From positions 1,849 to 65,848 of the forward strand of contig DATNNZ010000462.1 in assembly GCA_035601575.1 (NCBI GenBank): a DNA stretch of 64,000 nt, in the 5' to 3' direction. Under the pieces are notes generated by a model. It worked only from the letters and a program-made list of their open reading frames with translations, was not told where the DNA came from and did no database searches. Of this stretch, positions 53,801 through 63,360 are shown one piece after another. The stretch comes from Chthoniobacterales bacterium (GTDB taxonomy: Bacteria > Verrucomicrobiota > Verrucomicrobiia > Chthoniobacterales > JAFAMB01). Made by a program: the position numbers and the translations under genes. Each line of letters starts with the position of its first letter. Positions within the stretch are counted from its first letter, which is position 1.

Positions 53801-54398
53801 GATGCTCGACCCAAAACCGCCGGCGGCAGTCGTAGCTGGGAACGTTGAAACCTCTCAAGCGGTGGTGAACGCGTTGTATGGCGCGCTTGGGGTGCTTGCT
53901 GCCGCCCAAGGAACCATGAATAATCTGACCTGCGGTAACGACCGATTTCAGTACTACGAAACGATTTGTGGCGGCGCCGGAGCAGGCCACGGATTTCACG
54001 GCGCAACGGCGGTTCATACGCACATGACCAATTCCCGAATGACTGATCCCGAAATCCTAGAACTCCGATACCCGGTCATTGTCTCAGAGTTTCGAATTCG
54101 TGCCGGTTCGGGCGGCCAAGGCCGGTGGCATGGAGGGGATGGGGTGATTCGACGAATTACTTTTCGCGAAGCGATGACGGTAGCGATTTTGGCTGGTAAT
54201 CGCCGGATTGCGCCCTTTGGTTTGAGCGGAGGAGGAGCTGGAGCGACCGGAAGGACATATATTGAGCGAACGAGCGGAGCCCAGGAACTTCTCGACAGTT
54301 GTGCGACCGCCGAAGTTCAGGCGGGCGATTCGATCGTGGTGGAGACGCCTGGAGGAGGGGGGTATGGCAAGCCCCGGTCGGGAAGAGGTGAGAGGTGA
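50808..54398 (+). CDS. Fused hydantoinase A/B protein, 5-oxoprolinase (ATP-hydrolysing)-like
   Basis: 1196 aa; N-terminal ..FWIDRGGTFTD.. HyuA part and a C-terminal HyuB part in one frame. Confidence 0.8.
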   Translation: MGRDQITEFWIDRGGTFTDIIAVQPGGPLRTLKLLSENREHYADAAVEGIRRLLGLNADDPIPTALIRSVKMGTTVATNALLERKGEPTVLVVNKNLRDVLRIGTQQRPRLFDLEIKLPTPVYERIIEVSGRFSVEGIELEQLDEQQTENVLREAFAAGFRAVAIALMHSFRFPQHELRIADIARRIGFSQVSLSHEVSQLIKLVPRGETTLVDAYLSPVLHHYVDRVQQALPHVPIFFMQSNGGLASAAQFRGKDAILSGPAGGMVGAVRVAEQAGSQKIVGFDMGGTSTDVTHFAGQYERRFESEIAGVRLRVPMLHIHTVAAGGGSVCRFAGDRFQVGPESAGADPGPACYRKGGPLTVTDCNLSLGRIQPRFFPTIFGSTGDQPLDRLAAESRLNQVAEVTGRSREQVAEGFLRIAVESMANAIKEISVARGYDLSDHTLVSFGGAGGQHACAIADALSISQILIHPLAGLLSAYGIGTADLRFLRESSIEANLDLNSFRFTRKRLDELEAEARAGIEQQGATPDRVSRRIHVRYQGTDTALIVDDSPLEQLTAAFATAHQNFFGFTMQDRALAIEAVSVEAISQGAAVSFDGLPVPASELPADEMSVFLSGEWRSTPVWKRDEIGFGTKLEGPALIVEPHATTVLEVGWRAEITRERNLVLTRALPRSTRIEVGTKADPVQLELFHNLFFSVAEQMGAVIRNTAYSVNIKERLDYSCALFDADGQLVANAPHMPVHLGSMGTAVRSIIERRKNNIRRGDSFALNDPFRGGTHLPDITVISPVFSSGDRPLFWVASRGHHADVGGLTPGSMPPSSRTINEEGILIDDLLLVRSGQFREKELCEKFTTGPSPVRNLAQNLGDIHAQLAANQKGIILMLEIVERYGGEVVRAYMDHIRQNAAEQVRRTIDRLTPGTFLLPMDCGAQIQVAITVDRESRSARIDFTGTSAQLANNFNAPSAIVRAAVLYVFRTLIREPIPLNDGCLEPIDIKIPAGSMLDPKPPAAVVAGNVETSQAVVNALYGALGVLAAAQGTMNNLTCGNDRFQYYETICGGAGAGHGFHGATAVHTHMTNSRMTDPEILELRYPVIVSEFRIRAGSGGQGRWHGGDGVIRRITFREAMTVAILAGNRRIAPFGLSGGGAGATGRTYIERTSGAQELLDSCATAEVQAGDSIVVETPGGGGYGKPRSGRGER

Positions 54399-54407
54399 GA
54401 GGTCGGG
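54387..54407. repeat. Period-7 tract (GGTGAGA type)
   Basis: ggtgaga|ggtgaga|ggtcggg; supplies the last codons and the TGA of the oxoprolinase ORF. Confidence 0.65.
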
Positions 54408-54437
54408 GCCCGGGATAAGCGATATCCGACGTTCCGT

Positions 54438-54473
54438 CATAGGTCCCATCCGCCCTATAGGCCCTATCGTCGT
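54438..54473. repeat. Period-9 tract
   Basis: cataggtcc|catccgccc|tataggccc|tatcgtcgt. Confidence 0.6.
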
Positions 54474-54516
54474 TATTCCTTTGTGTCTTGCCGGCTTCGT
54501 GTGAGCTTCTCCTGAA

Positions 54517-55443
54517 TTGAGGCTTTTAATCACATCGGATCTACATCTAGTTCCCAAGTGGCACGAGGTTGTACTTTCGCAGTTGCGAGAATGGATCAGA
54601 ACTCACTGGCCGGACGGTTTAGTTATCGCCGGCGACCTGGCAGTCGCATCGGAAGCGGCAAATTCTTTCCGGCAATTGCGTAACATTTTTCCAGATGGAC
54701 CGATCGCGCTCACGCTCGGGAATCACGACTTCTGGTTGGGGCCGAGCAAAGAATGCCGCTCCTTGTCCGAAGTGATCGAACGCCATTGGACGCCGGCGGC
54801 CGATCAATTTGGTATCTGTCTTTTGGATTTGGAGAATCTTCCCCTAGGCGAGATCACGTTGGTCGGCGCCTATGGCCACTACGATCTCGGGTTTCGCTAT
54901 CCCAACCTGCGGTATGATGGCGCTCTGGTGACGACTGAACATTACCTGGCCGGAAAGCCACCGACTCAGACCCCGTTGCGCTGGCGAGATTTTTTCCGTA
55001 TGCCGCGCGATCTGGATCCTGTCTCGGTGGCTCAAGAACAGGTCCGCGCTCTCGCCGCCAGGCTCAGAACGGTTACGGAGAAACGCGCATTCGTCGTCCT
55101 ACACACTCCGCCATTTGCACGGTTGCTCGGTATCCCTGATATTTCGACAGTTAATTCAGAGGCGCCGAGCGTGTATACCTTTTTTCGAGCTTACCTAGGA
55201 AACGAGCGGATGGGTGCACTGCTCCGACAAGAAAAAGAGAGAATTGCCGGGGTCGTCTGCGGTCATACGCACCGCGAAGTGACCCCGATCGATCTAGGCG
55301 ATTTTTTTGGATTAAATATCGGATCTGATTACGGAGAACCCGCGGCCTACCTATATGAGACAAAGACGAACCGGCTAACCAAGGTTTCGGGCCCAGACGG
55401 TTCGTCAATTAGACCGGCGGAGAAAGGGATCTTATTCGCTTGA
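54517..55443 (+). CDS. Metallophosphoesterase
   Basis: SDLHL, AGDL, GNHD, GHTH motifs; TTG start. Confidence 0.7.
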   Translation: MRLLITSDLHLVPKWHEVVLSQLREWIRTHWPDGLVIAGDLAVASEAANSFRQLRNIFPDGPIALTLGNHDFWLGPSKECRSLSEVIERHWTPAADQFGICLLDLENLPLGEITLVGAYGHYDLGFRYPNLRYDGALVTTEHYLAGKPPTQTPLRWRDFFRMPRDLDPVSVAQEQVRALAARLRTVTEKRAFVVLHTPPFARLLGIPDISTVNSEAPSVYTFFRAYLGNERMGALLRQEKERIAGVVCGHTHREVTPIDLGDFFGLNIGSDYGEPAAYLYETKTNRLTKVSGPDGSSIRPAEKGILFA

Positions 55444-55499
55444 TAAACTCATTGACGTCATCCCCCTCCAAAGTCATCTTGCCGGCTCTCGGAGGGGAT

Positions 55500-57317
55500 A
55501 TGGAGAAGATTCGTAATATCGCGATCATCGCACACGTCGACCATGGGAAGACGACGTTAGTTGATCAGTTGCTTAGGCAGTCCGGCACGTTTCGCACCAA
55601 CCAGAAGGTGGAAGAACGGGTCATGGACTCGATGGATCTCGAGCGCGAAAAGGGGATCACCATCAAGGCAAAAAACGCGGCGTTCAGGTACCGGGACTAC
55701 CACGTCAACATTGTGGATACGCCGGGTCACGCCGATTTTGGGGGAGAGGTAGAGCGGATTATGAAAATGGTGGACGGGGTTCTCCTGGTGGTGGACTCAC
55801 ACGATGGGCCGCAAGCGCAGACTAAATTTGTCCTGCGCAAGGCGCTGGAAAATCATACTCGTCCGATTGTCGTCATTAACAAAATCGACCGGGAGAATGC
55901 GCGTCCGCATAAGGTGTTGGACATGGTTTTTGATCTCTTTGTTGAGCTGAACGCTACGGACGAACAGCTTGATTTTCCGGTCATTTACGCCAGCGCGAAA
56001 GAGGGTTACGCGGTGCGCGAGATTCACGAGACGAACGATAATATGGAGCCTCTATTCGAGGCGATCATTAAGCATATTCCGCCGCCGCCAAAATCTGAGC
56101 AGGCTTACTTTCAGTTTCTTGTCTCGAATCTAGATTATAGCGATTATCTCGGTCGATTGGCCTTCGGGCGCATCGTCAGTGGCCGTGTCTCGGTGGGTGA
56201 TTCCGTCGTTTTGGTTCATCTCGATGGGCGTCGCGAACGCACCAATGTCACTGCGTTGTTTGGACATGAAGGTTTGGAACGTACGGAAGTTAAGCATGCC
56301 GGAGCGGGCGATATCATCGGGCTGGCGGGATTTGAAGAGGTGGCGATCGGAGAGACAATTACCGATAATGAGGATCGGCCGGCACTTGAGTTTGTTCACA
56401 TCGATCCGCCTACCATCCAGATGAATTTTGTGGTCAACGATTCGCCGTTGGCCGGTCGGGACGGAAAATTTGTGACCGCTCGCCATATCAAGGAGCGGTT
56501 AGTGCGGGAAACACGTACGAATGTTTCCCTAGGGTTCACTGAGACCGATCTAGCCGGCGTTTTCACCGTGAGCGCTCGCGGGGAAATGCAAATCGCTATC
56601 CTGGTGGAACAGATGCGAAGAGAAGGGTTTGAGCTCCTGGTGTCGCGGCCGGAGGTCATCTTCAAAAAAGATGAGGGCGCCGACCTGCTGGAGCCATTTG
56701 AAACACTCTATGTCGATGTTCCAAATGAAAATCTAGGAGATATTTTGCAGTCGCTGGCCGGTCGTAAAGCCGACATCGTAAGCATGGATCATCAAACCAA
56801 TGGCGTTTTGGTCGAGGCGGTGATCCCGACTCGTGGGTTGATTGGCTTTGAGAGCGACTTGGTAAATCTCACTCGCGGACTTGGTTCAATGAGTCACCTT
56901 TTCAGGGAATATGGACCGCACAAAGGCGAAATCTCAAGTCGCGGCAATGGGGTGCTGGTAGCAATGGAGAGCGGTGTTTCCACGTCTTACGCGCTCAACA
57001 ACGTTCAGGAGCGAGGCCGCCTATTCCTCGGACCCCAGGAGGAGGTATACGAGGGAATGATCGTCGGTGAGAACTCCCGGCCGGACGATCTGACGGTGAA
57101 CCCATGCAAGACTAAGCACCTCACAAACATGCGGAGCCAAGGAGACGGTAAAGGAGTCCAGCTTGCCCCGCCTCTCAAAATGAGCCTGGAACGCGCCCTC
57201 GAGTACATTACTTCGGACGAGTATGTCGAGGCAACCCCTAAAAACCTTCGGCTACGCAAGAAGATTCTGGATTCGACGGCTCGGAAGCGAGCGTCGGCCA
57301 AGCTGGCGACAGCTTGA
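55500..57317 (+). CDS. typA: Translational GTPase TypA/BipA
   Basis: [21 protein letters not shown]; ATG 55500. Confidence 0.95.
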   Translation: MEKIRNIAIIAHVDHGKTTLVDQLLRQSGTFRTNQKVEERVMDSMDLEREKGITIKAKNAAFRYRDYHVNIVDTPGHADFGGEVERIMKMVDGVLLVVDSHDGPQAQTKFVLRKALENHTRPIVVINKIDRENARPHKVLDMVFDLFVELNATDEQLDFPVIYASAKEGYAVREIHETNDNMEPLFEAIIKHIPPPPKSEQAYFQFLVSNLDYSDYLGRLAFGRIVSGRVSVGDSVVLVHLDGRRERTNVTALFGHEGLERTEVKHAGAGDIIGLAGFEEVAIGETITDNEDRPALEFVHIDPPTIQMNFVVNDSPLAGRDGKFVTARHIKERLVRETRTNVSLGFTETDLAGVFTVSARGEMQIAILVEQMRREGFELLVSRPEVIFKKDEGADLLEPFETLYVDVPNENLGDILQSLAGRKADIVSMDHQTNGVLVEAVIPTRGLIGFESDLVNLTRGLGSMSHLFREYGPHKGEISSRGNGVLVAMESGVSTSYALNNVQERGRLFLGPQEEVYEGMIVGENSRPDDLTVNPCKTKHLTNMRSQGDGKGVQLAPPLKMSLERALEYITSDEYVEATPKNLRLRKKILDSTARKRASAKLATA

Positions 57318-57464
57318 CAAAAGACTCCTGATAGGTTTTGGTAGGCTATCGCAAAGTGATTCGCTAACCGGCGGTTCTACAGACTTCCTGTCTTCTCTCG
57401 GTCGCGAGCGGCTCATTGCATAACCTTTAATTTCCGTTCTCAATCTATTTTTCGAACCCGAATT

Positions 57465-58217
57465 ATGGCGGGTCATAGTAAGTGGTCCAAAGTAAAACGC
57501 TTCAAAGGCGCTATAGACGCGAAGCGTGGTAAATTATTTAGCCGGTTCTCCAAGGAGATCATGGTCGCCGCTCGGATGGGCGGAGGCGACATGGATTTGA
57601 ATCCTCGCCTGCGTTCGGCAGTCCTGTGGGCGCGGGCGCAGAACATGCCCAATGACACCATTGAGCGTGCGATAAAAAAGGGGACCGGTGAAATTGCGGG
57701 AGGAATTGTCGAAGAGCTGATTTACGAGGGGTACGGTCCAAGCGGAGTTGCTTTGATCGTAGAAGCGGCCACTGATAATAAGAACCGAACGGCTGCTGAC
57801 ATTCGAAGGATTTTCAGCAAAAATAATGGACACCTGGCAGCGACGGGAGCCGTCTCTTATCTATTTAAGAGAAAGGGACAAATAACGGTTCCCCGAGCTG
57901 CACTAGAAGAAGATCGGCTGCTGGAGATCGCACTTGAAGCAGGCGCCGAAGACTTGGTCGTCGATGAAGAGTCCTATTTTGTGACAACACCGCACGATCA
58001 ACTCTATCACGTGGGCGAGGCAATGCGGCATGCGGGGATCCCGATTGAGCTACAGAAGCTAACATTTATCCCCGAGAACCTGGTACCGGTTCAGGACTCT
58101 TCCCTGGCTGACCAAGTGCTGCGGCTTTGTGATGAACTAGAAGAGAACGAAGACGTTCAAAATGTGCACGGCAATTTCGATATTGCGGAAGAAACGTTGG
58201 CGAAGCTCGCTCACTAA
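57465..58217 (+). CDS. yebC: YebC/PmpR-family DNA-binding regulator
   Basis: MAGHSKWSKVKRFKGAIDAKRGK.. Confidence 0.9.
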   Translation: MAGHSKWSKVKRFKGAIDAKRGKLFSRFSKEIMVAARMGGGDMDLNPRLRSAVLWARAQNMPNDTIERAIKKGTGEIAGGIVEELIYEGYGPSGVALIVEAATDNKNRTAADIRRIFSKNNGHLAATGAVSYLFKRKGQITVPRAALEEDRLLEIALEAGAEDLVVDEESYFVTTPHDQLYHVGEAMRHAGIPIELQKLTFIPENLVPVQDSSLADQVLRLCDELEENEDVQNVHGNFDIAEETLAKLAH

Positions 58218-58268
58218 TGATCCAAGGGGCCCTATTGCGTTAGAAGAAAGAAGATTTTGGAGGAAGTT

Positions 58269-59792
58269 ATGCCAGAAGGAAACGAACAGCCTGCTTTGTT
58301 AGGCGATGAGAGCGAAAAGAAGCCGAAGCGGACTCGGTCCGCGCCCGGTTCCAGTGCAAAGCGGACGCCAGCCCGAAAGGCTGGCGGAAAGAAACCAACT
58401 AAAACGATTGACCTGCAGGTCGGCGAACCGTCGCAAGGTCAGCTATTGGAAACGGCAAATCGACCTTCCGATCAAAGAAATTCCGAACGAACGGCGGTGG
58501 ATGGTTCGGCTCGACCTGAGGTGCGTCATTCCCTAGCCGAAGACCAGGGCAGTCGGTCAGAAGAAAGGCCGGTCGCCAACCATCGAACAGACTTGGCTTC
58601 GGAAGTGAATGAGACCCAGGAGTTGCCTCCGGCCGAAAATGGCAAACATCGCGCCCACGGTGAAATAACCGTCGAACAAACGAAGCCCGAGCCGGTTTAT
58701 GGTGAAGGGTTGATTGAGGTGTCGGGCAAAGGCTTTGGCTTTCTGCGCGACCCGAAACGCAACTACGTTCAATCGCCGCAGGATATTTTCGTTACTCCGG
58801 AGGTAGTGCGAAAGCATGCCCTTCGCGATGGTCTCTGGATCAAGGGAGAGATTCGGCGTGGCAGTCGCGGACCGCAGCTGTTCAAACTGACTGAGATCAA
58901 CGGTGAGGACCCGGATCGCTACCGAAACTTACCGGTGTTCGAGGAACTCACCTCGATCAACCCAACGGAACGCATTCGGCTCGAGACCGTTCCCGACCGA
59001 TACACGACGCGAGTGATGGATCTCATGACACCGATCGGCAAAGGACAGCGCGGACTGATTGTTGCGCCTCCGCGGACCGGTAAGACCACTTTATTGCAGC
59101 ACATAGCTGATGCCGTGGTCCGAAATCATCCCGAGACCAGCTTGATCATTCTGCTGGTGGACGAACGGCCGGAAGAAGTCACCGAGATTCGCCGGACTGT
59201 GCCAAAAGCTGATATCATGGCAAGCTCGAATGACAGCGATATCAAAAGCCATACTCGCATCGCGCAGCTCGCCATCGAACGCGCCAAGCGTCTGGTAGAG
59301 GCTAACCGCGACGTTTTTGTGTTAATGGATTCGTTAACCCGAGTTGGCCGTGCGTTTAATAACGCGAGCGCCGGCAGCGGCCGTACCATGAGTGGTGGTA
59401 TGGACTCGCGAGCGATGGAGATTCCGCGAAAGCTTTTCGCTGCCGCTCGAAATACCGAAGAAGCGGGCTCGTTAACCATCATGGCTACCGCCCTGATCGA
59501 GACCGGTTCGAAAATGGACGAACTGATCTTTCAGGAGTTTAAGGGCACGGGGAACATGGAAATGGTTTTGGATCGTCAGATCAGCGATCAGCGGACCTAC
59601 CCATCAGTCGACATTTTCAAATCGGGAACTCGACGCGAAGAATTGTTGTTGCCCCCCAAAGATCTCGAGAAGATCAATACGATTCGACGGGGTTTAGCCG
59701 GGCATCGCCCAACCGAAGCGATCGAGCGGCTCCTCTCATTTCTCCGTAAGTTCCCGACCAACGCGCAAATGCTGCGCGAAATTCCTGGATAA
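58269..59792 (+). CDS. rho: Transcription termination factor Rho with a long low-complexity N-terminal region
   Basis: GGAGGA 3 nt before ATG 58269 (GGAGGAagttATG); ..GKGFGFLRD.. OB fold, Walker A PPRTGKTT, LVDERPEEV. Confidence 0.95.
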   Translation: MPEGNEQPALLGDESEKKPKRTRSAPGSSAKRTPARKAGGKKPTKTIDLQVGEPSQGQLLETANRPSDQRNSERTAVDGSARPEVRHSLAEDQGSRSEERPVANHRTDLASEVNETQELPPAENGKHRAHGEITVEQTKPEPVYGEGLIEVSGKGFGFLRDPKRNYVQSPQDIFVTPEVVRKHALRDGLWIKGEIRRGSRGPQLFKLTEINGEDPDRYRNLPVFEELTSINPTERIRLETVPDRYTTRVMDLMTPIGKGQRGLIVAPPRTGKTTLLQHIADAVVRNHPETSLIILLVDERPEEVTEIRRTVPKADIMASSNDSDIKSHTRIAQLAIERAKRLVEANRDVFVLMDSLTRVGRAFNNASAGSGRTMSGGMDSRAMEIPRKLFAAARNTEEAGSLTIMATALIETGSKMDELIFQEFKGTGNMEMVLDRQISDQRTYPSVDIFKSGTRREELLLPPKDLEKINTIRRGLAGHRPTEAIERLLSFLRKFPTNAQMLREIPG

Positions 59793-59992
59793 GCGCTGGG
59801 GGATGCGCTCCCGACTGTGAGCCTTTGATAGCTGCACGTTTGGCTTACACGCGCCTAATCTCGCTGTCGCTGCGCTCTGACGCGCCTGGCCGTGCATTTG
59901 GGTAAAACCATAGAGGTAGCCGCGACGTAGGCTTGGCCAGTTTGGGTTTCGCCCTACCGTGGTCGGCGATTTTGGTGTAACCTTTCTCCGCC

Positions 59993-60526
59993 GTGAAAAC
60001 TCAGTCATCAGATCACGAGCCAAAAACGATCGAGGTAGAAGTCTTGCCACCGGAGAAGAAAGCGGGCAACCGCGAGGAGATCGATGTTCTTCTCGGACTG
60101 GTGACAAAGGTCATGGATACGATCTTCCGGGTGCCGGGAACCAAATTCCGGTTTGGCGTAAATCCGTTAATCGGCTTTATCCCGGTCATCGGTGATCAAA
60201 TCGATGCGGCCATCTCAACTGCCGTTCTGTTTCGGAGTGTCCGGTACCGCTTGCCTAAAATCGTGCTGGCCCGAATGGCGTTGAATGTTCTGCTTAACGC
60301 CCTGTTTCAGGGGATCCCAGTCGTTGGCGACCTTTTCACCTTTTTCTTCAAAGCAAATCGGCAGAATTACGAGTTACTGCGGAAGCATGCAGGCACCGGC
60401 AAGCCGGTGACCCGCGGTGACTGGATCTTCGTTGGCGCGATCATTGGAGGTACTTTTCTCATTGCGATTTCGCTTTCGGTGCTCTTGATCTACGCTATCT
60501 GGCTCACAGATCCGCGCTGGTGGTAG
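59993..60526 (+). CDS. DUF4112 domain membrane protein
   Basis: ..FRVPGTKFRFGVNPLIGFIPVIGD..; GTG start. Confidence 0.6.
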   Translation: MKTQSSDHEPKTIEVEVLPPEKKAGNREEIDVLLGLVTKVMDTIFRVPGTKFRFGVNPLIGFIPVIGDQIDAAISTAVLFRSVRYRLPKIVLARMALNVLLNALFQGIPVVGDLFTFFFKANRQNYELLRKHAGTGKPVTRGDWIFVGAIIGGTFLIAISLSVLLIYAIWLTDPRWW

Positions 60527-60780
60527 CGTGGGAGTTTGCGGATCGCGGGCGAGACGCGGTTATGAGACACAAACAACTTGTTTCCGCAGCGGACCAAGAT
60601 GTAAATTTTTACGCTCGTGCGCTGGACTGATTCACAACCAGCGTATTTACTGGATGATGCTCGCCCCCAATGTGCGGGTGGCGACGCCATTTACAGCAGC
60701 CTGTCGGACTTGGAAATTGAGCTACGGTTGAGATCAGCCTTCAAACCCGACAGACTGCCAGGGTAAATCGCAACAATTCT

Positions 60781-62379
60781 ATGAATACTGTCTACCTCGT
60801 CGCGAACGGCGATTTACGCCTGGCCGCGAATCAAATGTGTGAGCCAGCTCAAGCAGCGATGGAGAAAGCTCTCGTCGCTGCGATCCAGAAAGAAGAATTT
60901 TTCGTAAAACGAGCCCACCCGTTTGATGAGAAGAAGGGGCATGGGTTTATCGATAGCCAAAAAGCAGGAATCCAAATATTTCATTCGATTCCCAAAGAGG
61001 CGCCAGTCGTTGTTGCCGAATCAGTGTGGCAGTATAGTCAGCATATTCTTCCCGGACTATCTGCCCACGAAGGGCCGATTCTGACGGTGGCGAACTGGAG
61101 CGGCACATGGCCTGGTTTGGTCGGACTCCTCAACCTTAACGGCTGTCTAAAAAAGGCGGGAGTAAGATACAACAGCCTTTGGAGCGAAGACTTCAAAGAC
61201 AAGTTCTTCGTGAAAAAGCTTCGCCAATGGCTGACGAGCGACAAAATCAATCATAACACCTCCCATGTGCGAAAACTGAAGGAGGTTAAAGTCCCTGGAG
61301 ATCCGCGGAGACTCGGAGAGAAGTTTGCCAGCAAGTTCCGGCAACACCAGATGATCCTTGGTGTGTTCGATGAAGGTTGTATGGGAATGTACAACGCGAT
61401 CATACCGGACGAACTATTGAGCCCACTCGGAGTCTTTAAGGAACGGCTCAGCCAATCAACATTGTATGCTCGGATGCTTGCCACGTCTGATCAAGAGGCC
61501 CGGCAAATCCTGGATTGGCTAAAAAATCGAGGAATGAAATTCTGTTTCGGGAGTAACGAGGAAAGCGATCTGACCGAGAATCAGGTCTTACAGCAATGCA
61601 AGATGTACTTGGCTGCGGTCCGGATTGCGCATGAATTTGGCTGTGCAACAATCGGAATCCAATATCAACAGGGACTCAAGGATCTGGCGCCTGCCTCCGA
61701 TTTGGTAGAAGGAATCTTGAACAACACGGAGCGCCCACCGGTTTATGATGAAGTTACCGGCGAAGAGCTCTACCCCAGCCAGCCATTACCGCATTTCAAT
61801 GAGGTCGATGAGTGTGCCGGCCTCGACGCATTGGTCACAAACCGGATCTGGCAGGAACTCGGATTCCCACCGGAAACAACATTGCACGATCTGCGATGGG
61901 GCCGCCAATATCAGGACGATAACCTCGACGCTTACGTCTGGGTTTTCCTGATCAGTGGGGGCGCGCCCCCGGCTCACTTCGTCGGTGGTTACAGCGGCGC
62001 TTCCAGCGAACGGCAGCCTCCCATGTATTTCCGACTTGGTGGAGGTACCTGCAAAGGCGTGAGTAAACCGGGGTGGATCGTCTGGAGCCGGGTATTTGTC
62101 GATCAGGATGAACTTTGCTTCGATACGGGCCTCGCTGAGGTGGTCGCGCTTCCAGAAGGCGAGACGATGGAGCGTTGGCGATTAACCACTCCGCAGTGGC
62201 CAATTATGCACGCGGTACTCCAAGGTATCACCCGCGATCAAATGATGGCGCGACATGCCTCTAACCATATTCAAGTCGCCTACGCGCCAGATAAGACCCG
62301 AGCACGAACCGCGATGTTCGCGAAAGCAACGGCCATGGCGGAGTTGGGACTGAAGGTCTATTTTTGCGGAGATATTTAG
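60781..62379 (+). CDS. L-fucose isomerase-like sugar isomerase (distant FucI/AraA superfamily member)
   Basis: 532 aa; ..FNEVDECAGLDALVTN.., ..HDLRWG.., ..HASNHIQVAY.. align by eye with the E/D/H metal and catalytic positions of FucI. Confidence 0.55.
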   Translation: MNTVYLVANGDLRLAANQMCEPAQAAMEKALVAAIQKEEFFVKRAHPFDEKKGHGFIDSQKAGIQIFHSIPKEAPVVVAESVWQYSQHILPGLSAHEGPILTVANWSGTWPGLVGLLNLNGCLKKAGVRYNSLWSEDFKDKFFVKKLRQWLTSDKINHNTSHVRKLKEVKVPGDPRRLGEKFASKFRQHQMILGVFDEGCMGMYNAIIPDELLSPLGVFKERLSQSTLYARMLATSDQEARQILDWLKNRGMKFCFGSNEESDLTENQVLQQCKMYLAAVRIAHEFGCATIGIQYQQGLKDLAPASDLVEGILNNTERPPVYDEVTGEELYPSQPLPHFNEVDECAGLDALVTNRIWQELGFPPETTLHDLRWGRQYQDDNLDAYVWVFLISGGAPPAHFVGGYSGASSERQPPMYFRLGGGTCKGVSKPGWIVWSRVFVDQDELCFDTGLAEVVALPEGETMERWRLTTPQWPIMHAVLQGITRDQMMARHASNHIQVAYAPDKTRARTAMFAKATAMAELGLKVYFCGDI

Positions 62380-62418
62380 CCCGAGTCTGAGCCGCCGGCT
62401 GCGCTGGATGTCATCTCC

Positions 62419-63177
62419 ATGAATCGTGAACGCCCAAACATTGTCGCTGACTTACTGAGTCTTTCACACGAATTCGGGCAGCGTGGCCTAGTGATTCTGG
62501 GCGAGGGAAACGTTTCAGCGCGACTGGACGATTCAACATTCTTGGTCAAGGCGAGCGGGACCAGTCTTGGAACGTTGGTTGAAGCAAACCTTACGGAATG
62601 CCGTTTTGATCGGCTACTCTCCTTTTTTGACGATAAGCCGGTCTCCGATACCGAAGTTGAAGCCGCGCTGCTCACAAGCCGAGCTGATCCTGGCGCGTTG
62701 AAGCCGTCAGTCGAAACATTCTTCCACGCCTTCCTCCTCTCCTTGCCAGACGTCCGATTTGTCGGACACACCCACCCGATCGCGGTAAACCAAATTCTTT
62801 GTTCGTCCCACGCCGGAGACTTTAGCCGGCAACGGCAATGTCCGGATGAAGTGGTTTGCTGTGGTCCAGTCTCACTGCTGATTCCGTACGTCGATCCAGG
62901 GTTAGCACTGGCCAGGAGAGTCCGCGATGATTTAGGGTCATTTCAACAACGCTACGGTAAACTCCCCCGAGTGATCCTTCTTGAAAACCATGGCGTTATC
63001 ACGGTGGGCTCCAGTGTGCAAGCCGTCCGCGCCGCCATGTTGATGACCGTTAAGGCGGCCGAAATTTATGTCGGCGCGCAACTGCTAGGCGGGATTGCGC
63101 ATCTTCCAGAGATCGAAGTGACTCGCATCGAGAGCCGACTCGACGAGGAGTATCGGCGAAAAATGTTACAGATTTGA
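62419..63177 (+). CDS. Class II aldolase/adducin-domain protein (rhamnulose-1-P aldolase RhaE-domain-like)
   Basis: ..GEGNVSARLDDSTFLVKASGTSLG.., ..KPSVETFFHAFL.., ..VGHTHP.. Confidence 0.65.
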   Translation: MNRERPNIVADLLSLSHEFGQRGLVILGEGNVSARLDDSTFLVKASGTSLGTLVEANLTECRFDRLLSFFDDKPVSDTEVEAALLTSRADPGALKPSVETFFHAFLLSLPDVRFVGHTHPIAVNQILCSSHAGDFSRQRQCPDEVVCCGPVSLLIPYVDPGLALARRVRDDLGSFQQRYGKLPRVILLENHGVITVGSSVQAVRAAMLMTVKAAEIYVGAQLLGGIAHLPEIEVTRIESRLDEEYRRKMLQI

Positions 63178-63211
63178 AGCCAGGTAGAGACCGGCCGAGG
63201 CGTTTTTTTTT
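63178..63211 (+). terminator. Possible intrinsic terminator after the aldolase gene
   Basis: T9 run at 63203..63211 preceded by a GC-rich but only weakly self-complementary GCCAGGTAGAGACCGGCCGAGGCG. Confidence 0.35.
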
Positions 63212-63360
63212 ATACGGTTTAAAATAACGACATTGATCAATCCCGACGTGCCGAGGTTTTCGCCCTACCTTAGCGGGGCAGAGCGGCCATATGGAGTTGC
63301 CCAGAGCTCTTATTTACACAAAGCCGCGAGATCGGTGCGACTAGGGCGCAATCTCCACAG

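Noticed and set aside
59793-59992. Housekeeping RNA gene (SRP RNA, RNase P, tmRNA, tRNA) in the 200-bp spacer after rho, and in other spacers such as 36591..36722
   Set aside because: None of the conserved cores I know is present: the SRP GGAA-tetraloop helix, the RNase P GAGGAAAGUCC, the tmRNA or tRNA T-arm GGTTCGAATCC.
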